From assembly GCA_964016885.1 (NCBI GenBank), contig OZ024741.1, forward strand, positions 243,598,001 through 243,662,000: 64,000 nucleotides of DNA, written 5' to 3'. Numbering within the stretch: the first letter of the stretch is position 1; each line of letters begins with the position of its first letter. A program made the translations under genes and the position numbers. Shown here in pieces: positions 49,683 to 63,206 of this stretch. The stretch is from Eledone cirrhosa (Eukaryota). The notes under the pieces were generated by a model that saw only the letters and a program-made list of their open reading frames with translations, made no database searches and had not been told where the DNA came from.

Positions 49683-52426
49683 GAGAATCACACCACTCAC
49701 AGCCAATGAGTCTCTGCACATGTACCACTAATTACAGATCGATCCGCCCACGGGCGGCCGGCCCACGATCGAAAATGTAACTCCGCCGGCAAATTCGCAT
49801 TTTTGTGATTCGTTTCTTCGAAGCACACCATTCGCTGGTGGACTTCAGCTTCCTCATTTAGCATGGGCAGCTTTTCTTGAAAATCACACCACTCACAGAC
49901 AATGAGTCTCTGCACATGTACCACTAATTACAGATCGATACGACCACGGGCGGCCTGCCCACGATCGAAAAGGTAACTCCGCCGGCAAATCCGCATTTTT
50001 GTGATTCGTTTCTTCGAAGCACACCATTCGCCGCCGGACTTCAGCTTCCTCATTTAGCATGGGCAGCTTTTCTTAAAAATCACACCACACTCAGCAAATG
50101 TGTGTCTGCACATGTACCAGTAATTACAGATCGATCCGACCACGGGCGGCCTGCCCACGATCGAAAAGGTAACTCCGCCGGCAAATTCGCATTTTTGCGA
50201 TTCGTTTCTTCGAAGCACACCATTCGCTGGTGGACTTCAGCTTCCTCATTTAACATGGGCAGCTTTTCTTGAAAATCACACCACACTCAGCAAATGTGTG
50301 TCTGCACATGTACCAGTAATTACAGATCAATCCGCCCACGGGCGGCCGGCCCACGATCGAAAATGTAACTCCGCCGGCAAATTCGCATTTTTGTGATTCA
50401 TTTCTTCGAAGCACACCATTCGCTGGTGGACTTCAGCTTCCTCATTTAGCATGGACAGCTTTTCTTGAAAATCACACCACACACAGCCAATGAGTGTCTG
50501 CACATGTACCAGTAATTACAGATCGATCCGACCACGGGCGGCCTGCCTACGATCGAAAAGGTAACTCCGCCGGCAAATTCGCATTTTTGTGATTCGTTTC
50601 TTCGAAGCACACCATTCGCCGCCGGACTTCAGCTTCCTCATTTAGCATGGGCAGCTTTTCTTGAAAATCACACCACTCACAGCAAATGTGTGTCTGCACA
50701 TGTACCAGTAATTACAGATCGATCCGACAACGGGCGGCCGGCCCACGATCGAAAAGGTAACTCCGCCGGCAAATTCGCATTTTTGTGATTCGTTTCTTCG
50801 AAGCACACCATTCGCCGCCGGACTTCAGCTTCCTCATTTAGCATGGGCAGCTTTTCTTGAAAATCACACCACACACAGCAAATGTGTGTCTGCACAGGTA
50901 CCAGTAATTACAGATCGATCCGGCCACGAACGGCTGGCCCACGATCGAAAAGGTAACTCCGCCGGCAAATCCTAATTTTTGTGATTCGTTTCTTCGAAGC
51001 ACACCATTCGCCGCCGGACTTCAGCTGCCTCATTTAGCATGGGCAGCTTTTCTTGAGAATCACACCACTCACAGCCAATGAGTCTCTGCACATGTACCAC
51101 TAATTACAGATCGATCCGCCCACGGGCGGCCGGCCCACGATCGAAAATGTAACTCCGCCGGCAAATTCGCATTTTTGTGATTCGTTTCTTCGAAGCACAC
51201 CATTCGCTGGTGGACTTCAGCTTCCTCATTTAGCATGGGCAGCTTTTCTTGAAAATCACACCACTCACAGACAATGAGTCTCTGCACATGTACCACTAAT
51301 TACAGATCGATACGACCACGGGCGGCCTGCCCACGATCGAAAAGGTAACTCCGCCGGCAAATCCGCATTTTTGTGATTCGTTTCTTCGAAGCACACCATT
51401 CGCCGCCGGACTTCAGCTTCCTCATTTAGCATGGGCAGCTTTTCTTAAAAATCACACCACACTCAGCAAATGTGTGTCTGCACATGTACCAGTAATTACA
51501 GATCGATCCGACCACGGGCGGCCTGCCCACGATCGAAAAGGTAACTCCGCCGGCAAATTCGCATTTTTGCGATTCGTTTCTTCGAAGCACACCATTCGCT
51601 GGTGGACTTCAGCTTCCTCATTTAACATGGGCAGCTTTTCTTGAAAATCACACCACACTCAGCAAATGTGTGTCTGCACATGTACCAGTAATTACAGATC
51701 AATCCGCCCACGGGCGGCCGGCCCACGATCGAAAATGTAACTCCGCCGGCAAATTCGCATTTTTGTGATTCATTTCTTCGAAGCACACCATTCGCTGGTG
51801 GACTTCAGCTTCCTCATTTAGCATGGACAGCTTTTCTTGAAAATCACACCACACACAGCCAATGAGTGTCTGCACATGTACCAGTAATTACAGATCGATC
51901 CGACCACGGGCGGCCTGCCTACGATCGAAAAGGTAACTCCGCCGGCAAATTCGCATTTTTGTGATTCGTTTCTTCGAAGCACACCATTCGCCGCCGGACT
52001 TCAGCTTCCTCATTTAGCATGGGCAGCTTTTCTTGAAAATCACACCACTCACAGCAAATGTGTGTCTGCACATGTACCAGTAATTACAGATCGATCCGAC
52101 AACGGGCGGCCGGCCCACGATCGAAAAGGTAACTCCGCCGGCAAATTCGCATTTTTGTGATTCGTTTCTTCGAAGCACACCATTCGCCGCCGGACTTCAG
52201 CTTCCTCATTTAGCATGGGCAGCTTTTCTTGAAAATCACACCACACACAGCAAATGTGTGTCTGCACAGGTACCAGTAATTACAGATCGATCCGGCCACG
52301 AACGGCTGGCCCACGATCGAAAAGGTAACTCCGCCGGCAAATCCTAATTTTTGTGATTCGTTTCTTCGAAGCACACCATTCGCCGCCGGACTTCAGCTGC
52401 CTCATTTAGCATGGGCAGCTTTTCTT
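49683..52426 (+). repeat. 7-monomer (1372-bp) higher-order tandem duplication
   Basis: Variant TTGAGAATC at 49681 and 51053. Identical ORF pairs 49697/51069, 50080/51452, 50677/52049. Confidence 0.9.
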
Positions 52427-53454
52427 GAAAATCACACCACTCACAGCCAATGAGTCTCTGCACAGGTACCACTAATTACAGATCGATACGACCAGGGGCG
52501 GCCTGCCCACGATCGAAAAGGTAACTCCGCCGGCAAATCCGCATTTTTGTGATTCGTTTCTTCGAAGCACACCATTCGCCACCGGACTTCAGCTTCCTCA
52601 TTTAGCAGGGGCAGCTTTTCTTAAAAATCACACCACACTCAGCAAATGTGTGTCTGCACATGTACCAGTAATTACAGATCGATCCGACCACGGGCGGCCT
52701 GCCCACGATCGAAAAGGTAACTCCGCTGGCAAATTCGCATTTTTGTGATTCGTTTCTTCGAAGCACACCATTCGCTGGTGGACTTCAGCTTCCTCATTTA
52801 ACATGGGCAGCTTTTCTTGAAAATCACACCACACTCAGCAAATGTGTGTCTGCACATGTACCAGTAATTACAGATCGATCCGCCCACGGGCGGCCGGCCC
52901 ACGATCGAAAATGTAACTCCGCCGGCAAATTCGCATTTTTGTGATTCGTTTCTTCGAAGCACACCATTCGCTGGTGGACTTCAGCTTCCTCATTTAGCAT
53001 GGGCAGCTTTTCTTGAAAATCACACCACTCACAGACTATGAGTCTCTGCACATGTACCACTAATTACACATCGATACGACCACGGGCGGCCTGCCCACGA
53101 TCGAAAAGGTAACTCCGCCGGCAAATCCGCATTTTTGTGATTCGTTTCTTCGAAGCACACCATTCGCCGCCGGACTTCAGCTTCCTCATTTAGCATGGGC
53201 AGCTTTTCTTAAAAATCACACCACACTCAGCAAATGTGTGTCTGCACATGTACCAGTAATTACAGATCGATCCGCCCACGGGCGGCCGGCCCACGATCGA
53301 AAATGTAACTCCGCCGGCAAATTCGCATTTTTGTGATTCATTTCTTCGAAGCACACCATTCGCTGGTGGACTTCAGCTTCCTCATTTAGCATGGGCAGCT
53401 TTTCTTGAAAATCACACCACACACAGCGAATGTGTGTCTACACAGGTACCAGTA

Positions 53455-54630
53455 ATTACAGATCGATCCGACCACGGACGGCTGGCCCAGGATCGAAAAG
53501 GTAACTCCGGCGGCAAATTCGCATTTTTGTGATTCGTTTCTTCGAAGCACACCATTCGCTGGTGGACTTCAGCTTCCTCATTTAGCATGGGCAGCTTTTC
53601 TTGAAAATCACACCACACACAGCCAATGAGTGTCTGCACATGTACCAGTAATTACAGATCGATCCGACCACGGGCGGCCGGCCCACGATCGAAAAGGTAA
53701 CTCCGCCGGCAAATTCGCATTTTTGTGATTCGTTTCTTCGAAGCACACCATTCGCCGCCGGACTTCAGCTTCCTCATTTAGCATGGGCAGCTTTTCTTGA
53801 AAATCACACCACACACAGCAAATGTGTGTCTGCACATGTACCAGTACGTACAGATCGATCCGACCACGGGCGGCCGGCCCACATTCGAAAAGGTTACTCC
53901 GCCTGCAAATCGTCATTTTCGGATTCGTTTTCTTCGAAGCACACCATTCGCCGGCGGACTTCAGCTGCCTCATTTAGCATGGGCAGCTTTTCTTGAAAAT
54001 CACACCACACACAGCAAATGTGTCTCTGCACATGTACCACTAATTACAGATCGATCCGACCACGGACGGCTGGCCCAGGATCGAAAAGGTAACTCCGGCG
54101 GCAAATTCGCATTTTTGTGATTCGTTTCTTCGAAGCACACCATTCGCTGGTGGACTTCAGCTTCCTCATTTAGCATGGGCAGCTTTTCTTGAAAATCACA
54201 CCACACACAGCCAATGAGTGTCTGCACATGTACCAGTAATTACAGATCGATCCGACCACGGGCGGCCGGCCCACGATCGAAAAGGTAACTCCGCCGGCAA
54301 ATTCGCATTTTTGTGATTCGTTTCTTCGAAGCACACCATTCGCCGCCGGACTTCAGCTTCCTCATTTAGCATGGGCAGCTTTTCTTGAAAATCACACCAC
54401 ACACAGCAAATGTGTGTCTGCACATGTACCAGTACGTACAGATCGATCCGACCACGGGCGGCCGGCCCACATTCGAAAAGGTTACTCCGCCTGCAAATCG
54501 TCATTTTCGGATTCGTTTTCTTCGAAGCACACCATTCGCCGGCGGACTTCAGCTGCCTCATTTAGCATGGGCAGCTTTTCTTGAAAATCACACCACACAC
54601 AGCAAATGTGTCTCTGCACATGTACCACTA
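53455..54630 (+). repeat. 3-monomer (588-bp) higher-order tandem duplication containing the divergent monomer subtype
   Basis: ORF pairs 53608/54196 (identical), 53797/54385 and 53412/54000. Ends are approximate. Confidence 0.85.
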
Positions 54631-56934
54631 ATTACAGATCGATACGACCACGGGCGGCCTGCCCACCATCGAAAAGGTAACTCCGCCGGCAAATCCGCAT
54701 TTTTGTGATTCGTTTCTTCGAAGCACACCATTCGCCGCCGGACTTCAGCTTCCTCATTTAGCATGGGCAGCTTTTCTTGAAAATCACACCACACACAGCA
54801 AATGTGTGTCTGCACAGGTACCAGTAATTACAGATCGATCCGACCACGAACGGCTGGCCCACGATCGAAAAGGTAACTCCGCCGGCAAATCCTAATTTTT
54901 GTGATTCGTTTCTTCGAAGCACACCATTCGCCGCCGGACTTCAGCTGCCTCATTTAGCATGGGCAGCTTTTCTTGAAAATCACACCACTCACAGCCAATG
55001 AGTCTCTGCACAGGTACCACTAATTACAGATCGATACGACCAGGGGCGGCCTGCCCACGATCGAAAAGGTAACTCCGCCGGCAAATCCGCATTTTTGTGA
55101 TTCGTTTCTTCGAAGCACACCATTCGCCGCCGGACTTCAGCTTCCTCATTTAGCATGGGCAGCTTTTCTTAAAAATCACACCACACTCAGCAAATGTGTG
55201 TCTGCACATGTACCAGTAATTACAGATCGATCCGCCCACGGGCGGCCGGCCCACGATCGAAAATATAACTCCGCCGGCAAATTCGCATTTTTGTGATTCG
55301 TTTCTTCGAAGCACACCATTCGCTGGTGGACTTCAGCTTCCTCATTTAGCATGGGCAGCTTTTCTTGAAAATCACACCACACACAGCAAATGTGTGTCTA
55401 CACAGGTACCAGTAATTACAGATCGATCCGACCACGGACGGCTGGCCCAGGATCGAAAAGGTAACTCCGCCGGCAAATTCGCATTTTTGTGATTCGTTTC
55501 TTCGAAGCACACCATTCGCCGCCGGACTTCAGCTTCCTCATTTAGCATGGGCAGCTTTTCTTGAAAATCACACCACTCACAGCAAATGTGTGTCTGCACA
55601 TGTACCAGTAATTACAGATCGATCCGACAACGGGCGGCCGGCCCACGATCGAAAAGGTAACTCCGCCGCCAAAGTCGCATTTTTGTGATTCGTTTCTTCG
55701 AAGCACACCATTCGCTGGTGGACTTCAGCTTCCTCATTTAGCATGGGCAGCTTTTCTTGAAAATCACACCACACACAGCAAATGTGTGTCTGCACATTTA
55801 CCAGTAATTACAGATCGATCCGACCACGGGCGGCCGGCCCACGATCGAAAAGGTAACTCCGCCGGCAAATTCGCATTTTTGTGATTCGTTTCTTCGAAGC
55901 ACACCATTCGCCGCCGGACTTCAGCTTCCTCATTTAGCATGGGCAGCTTTTCTTGAAAATCACACCACACACAGCAAATGTGTGTCTGCACAGGTACCAG
56001 TAATTACAGATCGATCCGACCACGAACGGCTGGCCCACGATCGAAAAGGTAACTCCGCCGGCAAATCCTAATTTTTGTGATTCGTTTCTTCGAAGCACAC
56101 CATTCGCCGCCGGACTTCAGCTGCCTCATTTAGCATGGGCAGCTTTTCTTGAAAATCACACCACGCACAGCCAATGAGTCTCTGCACAGGTACCACTAAT
56201 TACAGATCGATACGACCAGGGGCGGCCTGCCCACGATCGAAAAGGTAACTCCGCCGGCAAATTCGCATTTTTGTGATTCGTTTCTTCGAAGCACACCATT
56301 CGCTGGTGGACTTCAGCTTCCTCATTTAACATGGGCAGCTTTTCTTGAAAATCACACCACACTCAGCAAATGTGTGTCTGCACATGTACCAGTAATTACA
56401 GATCGATCCGCCCACGGGCGGCCGGCCCACGATCGAAAATGTAACTCCGCCGGCAAATTCGCATTTTTGTGATTCGTTTCTTCGAAGCACACCATTCGCT
56501 GGTGGACTTCAGCTTCCTCATTTAGCATGGGCAGCTTTTCTTGAAAATCACACCACTCACAGACTATGAGTCTCTGCACATGTACCACTAATTACAGATC
56601 GATAGGACCACGGGCGGCCTGCCCACGATCGAAAAGGTAACTCCGCCGGCAAATCCGCATTTTTGTGATTCGTTTCTTCGAAGCACACCATTCGCCGCCG
56701 GACTTCAGCTTCCTCATTTAGCATGGGCAGCTTTTCTTAAAAATCACACCACACTCAGCAAATGTGTGTCTGCACATGTACCAGTAATTACAGATCGATC
56801 CGACAACGGGCGGCCGGCCCACGATCGAAAAGGTAACTCCGCCGGCAAAGTCGCATTTTTGTGATTCGTTTCTTCGAAGCACACCATTCGCTGGTGGACT
56901 TCAGCTTCCTCATTTAGCATGGGCAGCTTTTCTT

Positions 56935-59900
56935 GAAAATCACACCACACACAGCCAATGAGTGTTTGCACATGTACCAGTAATTACAGATCGATCCGAC
57001 CACGGGCGGCCTGCCTACGATCGAAAAGGTAACTCCGCCGGCAAATTCGCATTTTTGTGATTCGTTTCTTCGAAGCACACCATTCGCCGCCGGACTTCAG
57101 CTTCCTCATTTAGCATGGGCAGCTTTTCTTGAAAATCACACCACACACAGCAAATGTGTGTCTGCACAGGTACCAGTAATTACAGATCGATCCGACAACG
57201 GCTGGCCGGCCCACGATCGAAAAGGTAACTCCGCCGGCAAAGTCGCATTTTTGTGATTCGTTTCTTCGAAGCACACCATTCGCTGGTGGACTTCAGCTTC
57301 CTCATTTAGCATGGGCAGCTTTTCTTGAAAATCACACCACTCACAGCAAATGTGTGTCTGCACATGTACTAGTAATTACAGATCGATCCGACCACGGGCC
57401 ACCGGCCCACGATCGAAAAGGTAACTCCGGCGGCAAATTCGCATTTTTGTGATTCATTTCTTCGAAGCACACCATTCGCTGGTGGACTTCAGCTTCCTCA
57501 TTTAGCATGGGCAGCTTTTCTTGAGAATCACACCACACACAGCAAATGTGTGTCTACACAGGTACCAGTAATTACAGATCGATCCGACCACGGACGGCTG
57601 GCCCAGGATCGAAAAGGTAACTCCGGCGGCAAATTCGCATTTTTGTGATTCGTTTCTTCGAAGCACACCATTCGCCGCCGGACTTCAGCTTCCTCATTTA
57701 GCATGGGCAGCTTTTCTTGAAAATCACACCACACACAGCAAATGTGTGTCTGCATAGGTACCAGTAATTACAGATCGATCCGACAACGGGCGGCCGGCCC
57801 ACGATCGAAAAGGTAACTCCGCCGGCAAAGTCGCATTTTTGTGATTCGTTTCTTCGAAGCACACCATTCGCTGGTGGACTTCAGCTTCCTCATTTAGCAT
57901 GGGCAGCTTTTCTTAAAAATCACACCACACACAGCAAATGTGTCGCTGCACATGTACTAGTAATTACAGATCGATCCGACCACGGGCCACCGGCCCACGA
58001 TCGAAAAGGTAACTCCGGCGGCAAATTCGCATTTTTGTGATTCATTTCTTCGAAGCACACCATTCGCTGGTGGACTTCAGCTTCCTCATTTAGCATGGGC
58101 AGCTTTTCTTGAAAATCACACCACACACAGCAAATGTGTGTCTACACAGGTACCAGTAATTACAGATCGATCCGACCACGGACGGCTGGCCCAGGATCGA
58201 AAAGGTAACTCCGGCGGCAAATTCGCATTTTTGTGATTCGTTTCTTCGAAGCACACCATTCGCCGCCGGACTTCAGCTTCCTCATTTAGCATGGGCAGCT
58301 TTTCTTGAGAATCACACCACTCACAGCCAATGAGTCTCTGCACATGTACCACTAATTACAGATCGATCCGCCCACGGGCGGCCGGCCCACGATCGAAAAT
58401 GTAACTCCGCCGGCAAATTCGCATTTTTGTGATTCGTTTCTTCGAAGCACACCATTCGCTGGTGGACTTCAGCTTCCTCATTTAGCATGGGCAGCTTTTC
58501 TTGAAAATCACACCACTCACAGACAATGAGTCTCTGCACATGTACCACTAATTACAGATCGATACGACCACGGGCGGCCTGCCCACGATCGAAAAGGTAA
58601 CTCCGCCGGCAAATCCGCATTTTTGTGATTCGTTTCTTCGAAGCACACCATTCGCCGCCGGACTTCAGCTTCCTCATTTAGCATGGGCAGCTTTTCTTAA
58701 AAATCACACCACACTCAGCAAATGTGTGTCTGCACATGTACCAGTAATTACAGATCGATCCGACCACGGGCGGCCTGCCCACGATCGAAAAGGTAACTCC
58801 GCCGGCAAATTCGCATTTTTGCGATTCGTTTCTTCGAAGCACACCATTCGCTGGTGGACTTCAGCTTCCTCATTTAACATGGGCAGCTTTTCTTGAAAAT
58901 CACACCACACTCAGCAAATGTGTGTCTGCACATGTACCAGTAATTACAGATCAATCCGCCCACGGGCGGCCGGCCCACGATCGAAAATGTAACTCCGCCG
59001 GCAAATTCGCATTTTTGTGATTCATTTCTTCGAAGCACACCATTCGCTGGTGGACTTCAGCTTCCTCATTTAGCATGGACAGCTTTTCTTGAAAATCACA
59101 CCACACACAGCCAATGAGTGTCTGCACATGTACCAGTAATTACAGATCGATCCGACCACGGGCGGCCTGCCTACGATCGAAAAGGTAACTCCGCCGGCAA
59201 ATTCGCATTTTTGTGATTCGTTTCTTCGAAGCACACCATTCGCCGCCGGACTTCAGCTTCCTCATTTAGCATGGGCAGCTTTTCTTGAAAATCACACCAC
59301 TCACAGCAAATGTGTGTCTGCACATGTACCAGTAATTACAGATCGATCCGACAACGGGCGGCCGGCCCACGATCGAAAAGGTAACTCCGCCGGCAAATTC
59401 GCATTTTTGTGATTCGTTTCTTCGAAGCACACCATTCGCCGCCGGACTTCAGCTTCCTCATTTAGCATGGGCAGCTTTTCTTGAAAATCACACCACACAC
59501 AGCAAATGTGTGTCTGCACAGGTACCAGTAATTACAGATCGATCCGGCCACGAACGGCTGGCCCACGATCGAAAAGGTAACTCCGCCGGCAAATCCTAAT
59601 TTTTGTGATTCGTTTCTTCGAAGCACACCATTCGCCGCCGGACTTCAGCTGCCTCATTTAGCATGGGCAGCTTTTCTTGAAAATCACACCACTCACAGCC
59701 AATGAGTCTCTGCACAGGTACCACTAATTACAGATCGATACGACCAGGGGCGGCCTGCCCACGATCGAAAAGGTAACTCCGCCGGCAAATCCGCATTTTT
59801 GTGATTCGTTTCTTCGAAGCACACCATTCGCCACCGGACTTCAGCTTCCTCATTTAGCAGGGGCAGCTTTTCTTAAAAATCACACCACACTCAGCAAATG

Positions 59901-62900
59901 TGTGTCTGCACATGTACCAGTAATTACAGATCGATCCGACCACGGGCGGCCTGCCCACGATCGAAAAGGTAACTCCGCTGGCAAATTCGCATTTTTGTGA
60001 TTCGTTTCTTCGAAGCACACCATTCGCTGGTGGACTTCAGCTTCCTCATTTAACATGGGCAGCTTTTCTTGAAAATCACACCACACACAGCCAATGAGTG
60101 TTTGCACATGTACCAGTAATTACAGATCGATCCGACCACGGGCGGCCTGCCTACGATCGAAAAGGTAACTCCGCCGGCAAATTCGCATTTTTGTGATTCG
60201 TTTCTTCGAAGCACACCATTCGCCGCCGGACTTCAGCTTCCTCATTTAGCATGGGCAGCTTTTCTTGAAAATCACACCACACACAGCAAATGTGTGTCTG
60301 CACAGGTACCAGTAATTACAGATCGATCCGACAACGGCTGGCCGGCCCACGATCGAAAAGGTAACTCCGCCGGCAAAGTCGCATTTTTGTGATTCGTTTC
60401 TTCGAAGCACACCATTCGCTGGTGGACTTCAGCTTCCTCATTTAGCATGGGCAGCTTTTCTTGAAAATCACACCACTCACAGCAAATGTGTGTCTGCACA
60501 TGTACTAGTAATTACAGATCGATCCGACCACGGGCCACCGGCCCACGATCGAAAAGGTAACTCCGGCGGCAAATTCGCATTTTTGTGATTCATTTCTTCG
60601 AAGCACACCATTCGCTGGTGGACTTCAGCTTCCTCATTTAGCATGGGCAGCTTTTCTTGAGAATCACACCACACACAGCAAATGTGTGTCTACACAGGTA
60701 CCAGTAATTACAGATCGATCCGACCACGGACGGCTGGCCCAGGATCGAAAAGGTAACTCCGGCGGCAAATTCGCATTTTTGTGATTCGTTTCTTCGAAGC
60801 ACACCATTCGCCGCCGGACTTCAGCTTCCTCATTTAGCATGGGCAGCTTTTCTTGAAAATCACACCACACACAGCAAATGTGTGTCTGCATAGGTACCAG
60901 TAATTACAGATCGATCCGACAACGGGCGGCCGGCCCACGATCGAAAAGGTAACTCCGCCGGCAAAGTCGCATTTTTGTGATTCGTTTCTTCGAAGCACAC
61001 CATTCGCTGGTGGACTTCAGCTTCCTCATTTAGCATGGGCAGCTTTTCTTAAAAATCACACCACACACAGCAAATGTGTCGCTGCACATGTACTAGTAAT
61101 TACAGATCGATCCGACCACGGGCCACCGGCCCACGATCGAAAAGGTAACTCCGGCGGCAAATTCGCATTTTTGTGATTCATTTCTTCGAAGCACACCATT
61201 CGCTGGTGGACTTCAGCTTCCTCATTTAGCATGGGCAGCTTTTCTTGAAAATCACACCACACACAGCAAATGTGTGTCTACACAGGTACCAGTAATTACA
61301 GATCGATCCGACCACGGACGGCTGGCCCAGGATCGAAAAGGTAACTCCGGCGGCAAATTCGCATTTTTGTGATTCGTTTCTTCGAAGCACACCATTCGCC
61401 GCCGGACTTCAGCTTCCTCATTTAGCATGGGCAGCTTTTCTTGAGAATCACACCACTCACAGCCAATGAGTCTCTGCACATGTACCACTAATTACAGATC
61501 GATCCGCCCACGGGCGGCCGGCCCACGATCGAAAATGTAACTCCGCCGGCAAATTCGCATTTTTGTGATTCGTTTCTTCGAAGCACACCATTCGCTGGTG
61601 GACTTCAGCTTCCTCATTTAGCATGGGCAGCTTTTCTTGAAAATCACACCACTCACAGACAATGAGTCTCTGCACATGTACCACTAATTACAGATCGATA
61701 CGACCACGGGCGGCCTGCCCACGATCGAAAAGGTAACTCCGCCGGCAAATCCGCATTTTTGTGATTCGTTTCTTCGAAGCACACCATTCGCCGCCGGACT
61801 TCAGCTTCCTCATTTAGCATGGGCAGCTTTTCTTAAAAATCACACCACACTCAGCAAATGTGTGTCTGCACATGTACCAGTAATTACAGATCGATCCGAC
61901 CACGGGCGGCCTGCCCACGATCGAAAAGGTAACTCCGCCGGCAAATTCGCATTTTTGCGATTCGTTTCTTCGAAGCACACCATTCGCTGGTGGACTTCAG
62001 CTTCCTCATTTAACATGGGCAGCTTTTCTTGAAAATCACACCACACTCAGCAAATGTGTGTCTGCACATGTACCAGTAATTACAGATCAATCCGCCCACG
62101 GGCGGCCGGCCCACGATCGAAAATGTAACTCCGCCGGCAAATTCGCATTTTTGTGATTCATTTCTTCGAAGCACACCATTCGCTGGTGGACTTCAGCTTC
62201 CTCATTTAGCATGGACAGCTTTTCTTGAAAATCACACCACACACAGCCAATGAGTGTCTGCACATGTACCAGTAATTACAGATCGATCCGACCACGGGCG
62301 GCCTGCCTACGATCGAAAAGGTAACTCCGCCGGCAAATTCGCATTTTTGTGATTCGTTTCTTCGAAGCACACCATTCGCCGCCGGACTTCAGCTTCCTCA
62401 TTTAGCATGGGCAGCTTTTCTTGAAAATCACACCACTCACAGCAAATGTGTGTCTGCACATGTACCAGTAATTACAGATCGATCCGACAACGGGCGGCCG
62501 GCCCACGATCGAAAAGGTAACTCCGCCGGCAAATTCGCATTTTTGTGATTCGTTTCTTCGAAGCACACCATTCGCCGCCGGACTTCAGCTTCCTCATTTA
62601 GCATGGGCAGCTTTTCTTGAAAATCACACCACACACAGCAAATGTGTGTCTGCACAGGTACCAGTAATTACAGATCGATCCGGCCACGAACGGCTGGCCC
62701 ACGATCGAAAAGGTAACTCCGCCGGCAAATCCTAATTTTTGTGATTCGTTTCTTCGAAGCACACCATTCGCCGCCGGACTTCAGCTGCCTCATTTAGCAT
62801 GGGCAGCTTTTCTTGAAAATCACACCACTCACAGCCAATGAGTCTCTGCACAGGTACCACTAATTACAGATCGATACGACCAGGGGCGGCCTGCCCACGA

Positions 62901-63206
62901 TCGAAAAGGTAACTCCGCCGGCAAATCCGCATTTTTGTGATTCGTTTCTTCGAAGCACACCATTCGCCACCGGACTTCAGCTTCCTCATTTAGCAGGGGC
63001 AGCTTTTCTTAAAAATCACACCACACTCAGCAAATGTGTGTCTGCACATGTACCAGTAATTACAGATCGATCCGACCACGGGCGGCCTGCCCACGATCGA
63101 AAAGGTAACTCCGCTGGCAAATTCGCATTTTTGTGATTCGTTTCTTCGAAGCACACCATTCGCTGGTGGACTTCAGCTTCCTCATTTAACATGGGCAGCT
63201 TTTCTT
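56935..63206 (+). repeat. 16-monomer (3136-bp) higher-order repeat, two tandem copies
   Basis: ORF pairs 57136/60272, 57341/60477, 57528/60664, 57920/61056, 58116/61252, 58321/61457, 58704/61840, 59301/62437 are all offset by 3136 = 16 x 196. Both copies share the private variants TGTCGCTGCAC and GCATAGGTACC. Confidence 0.93.
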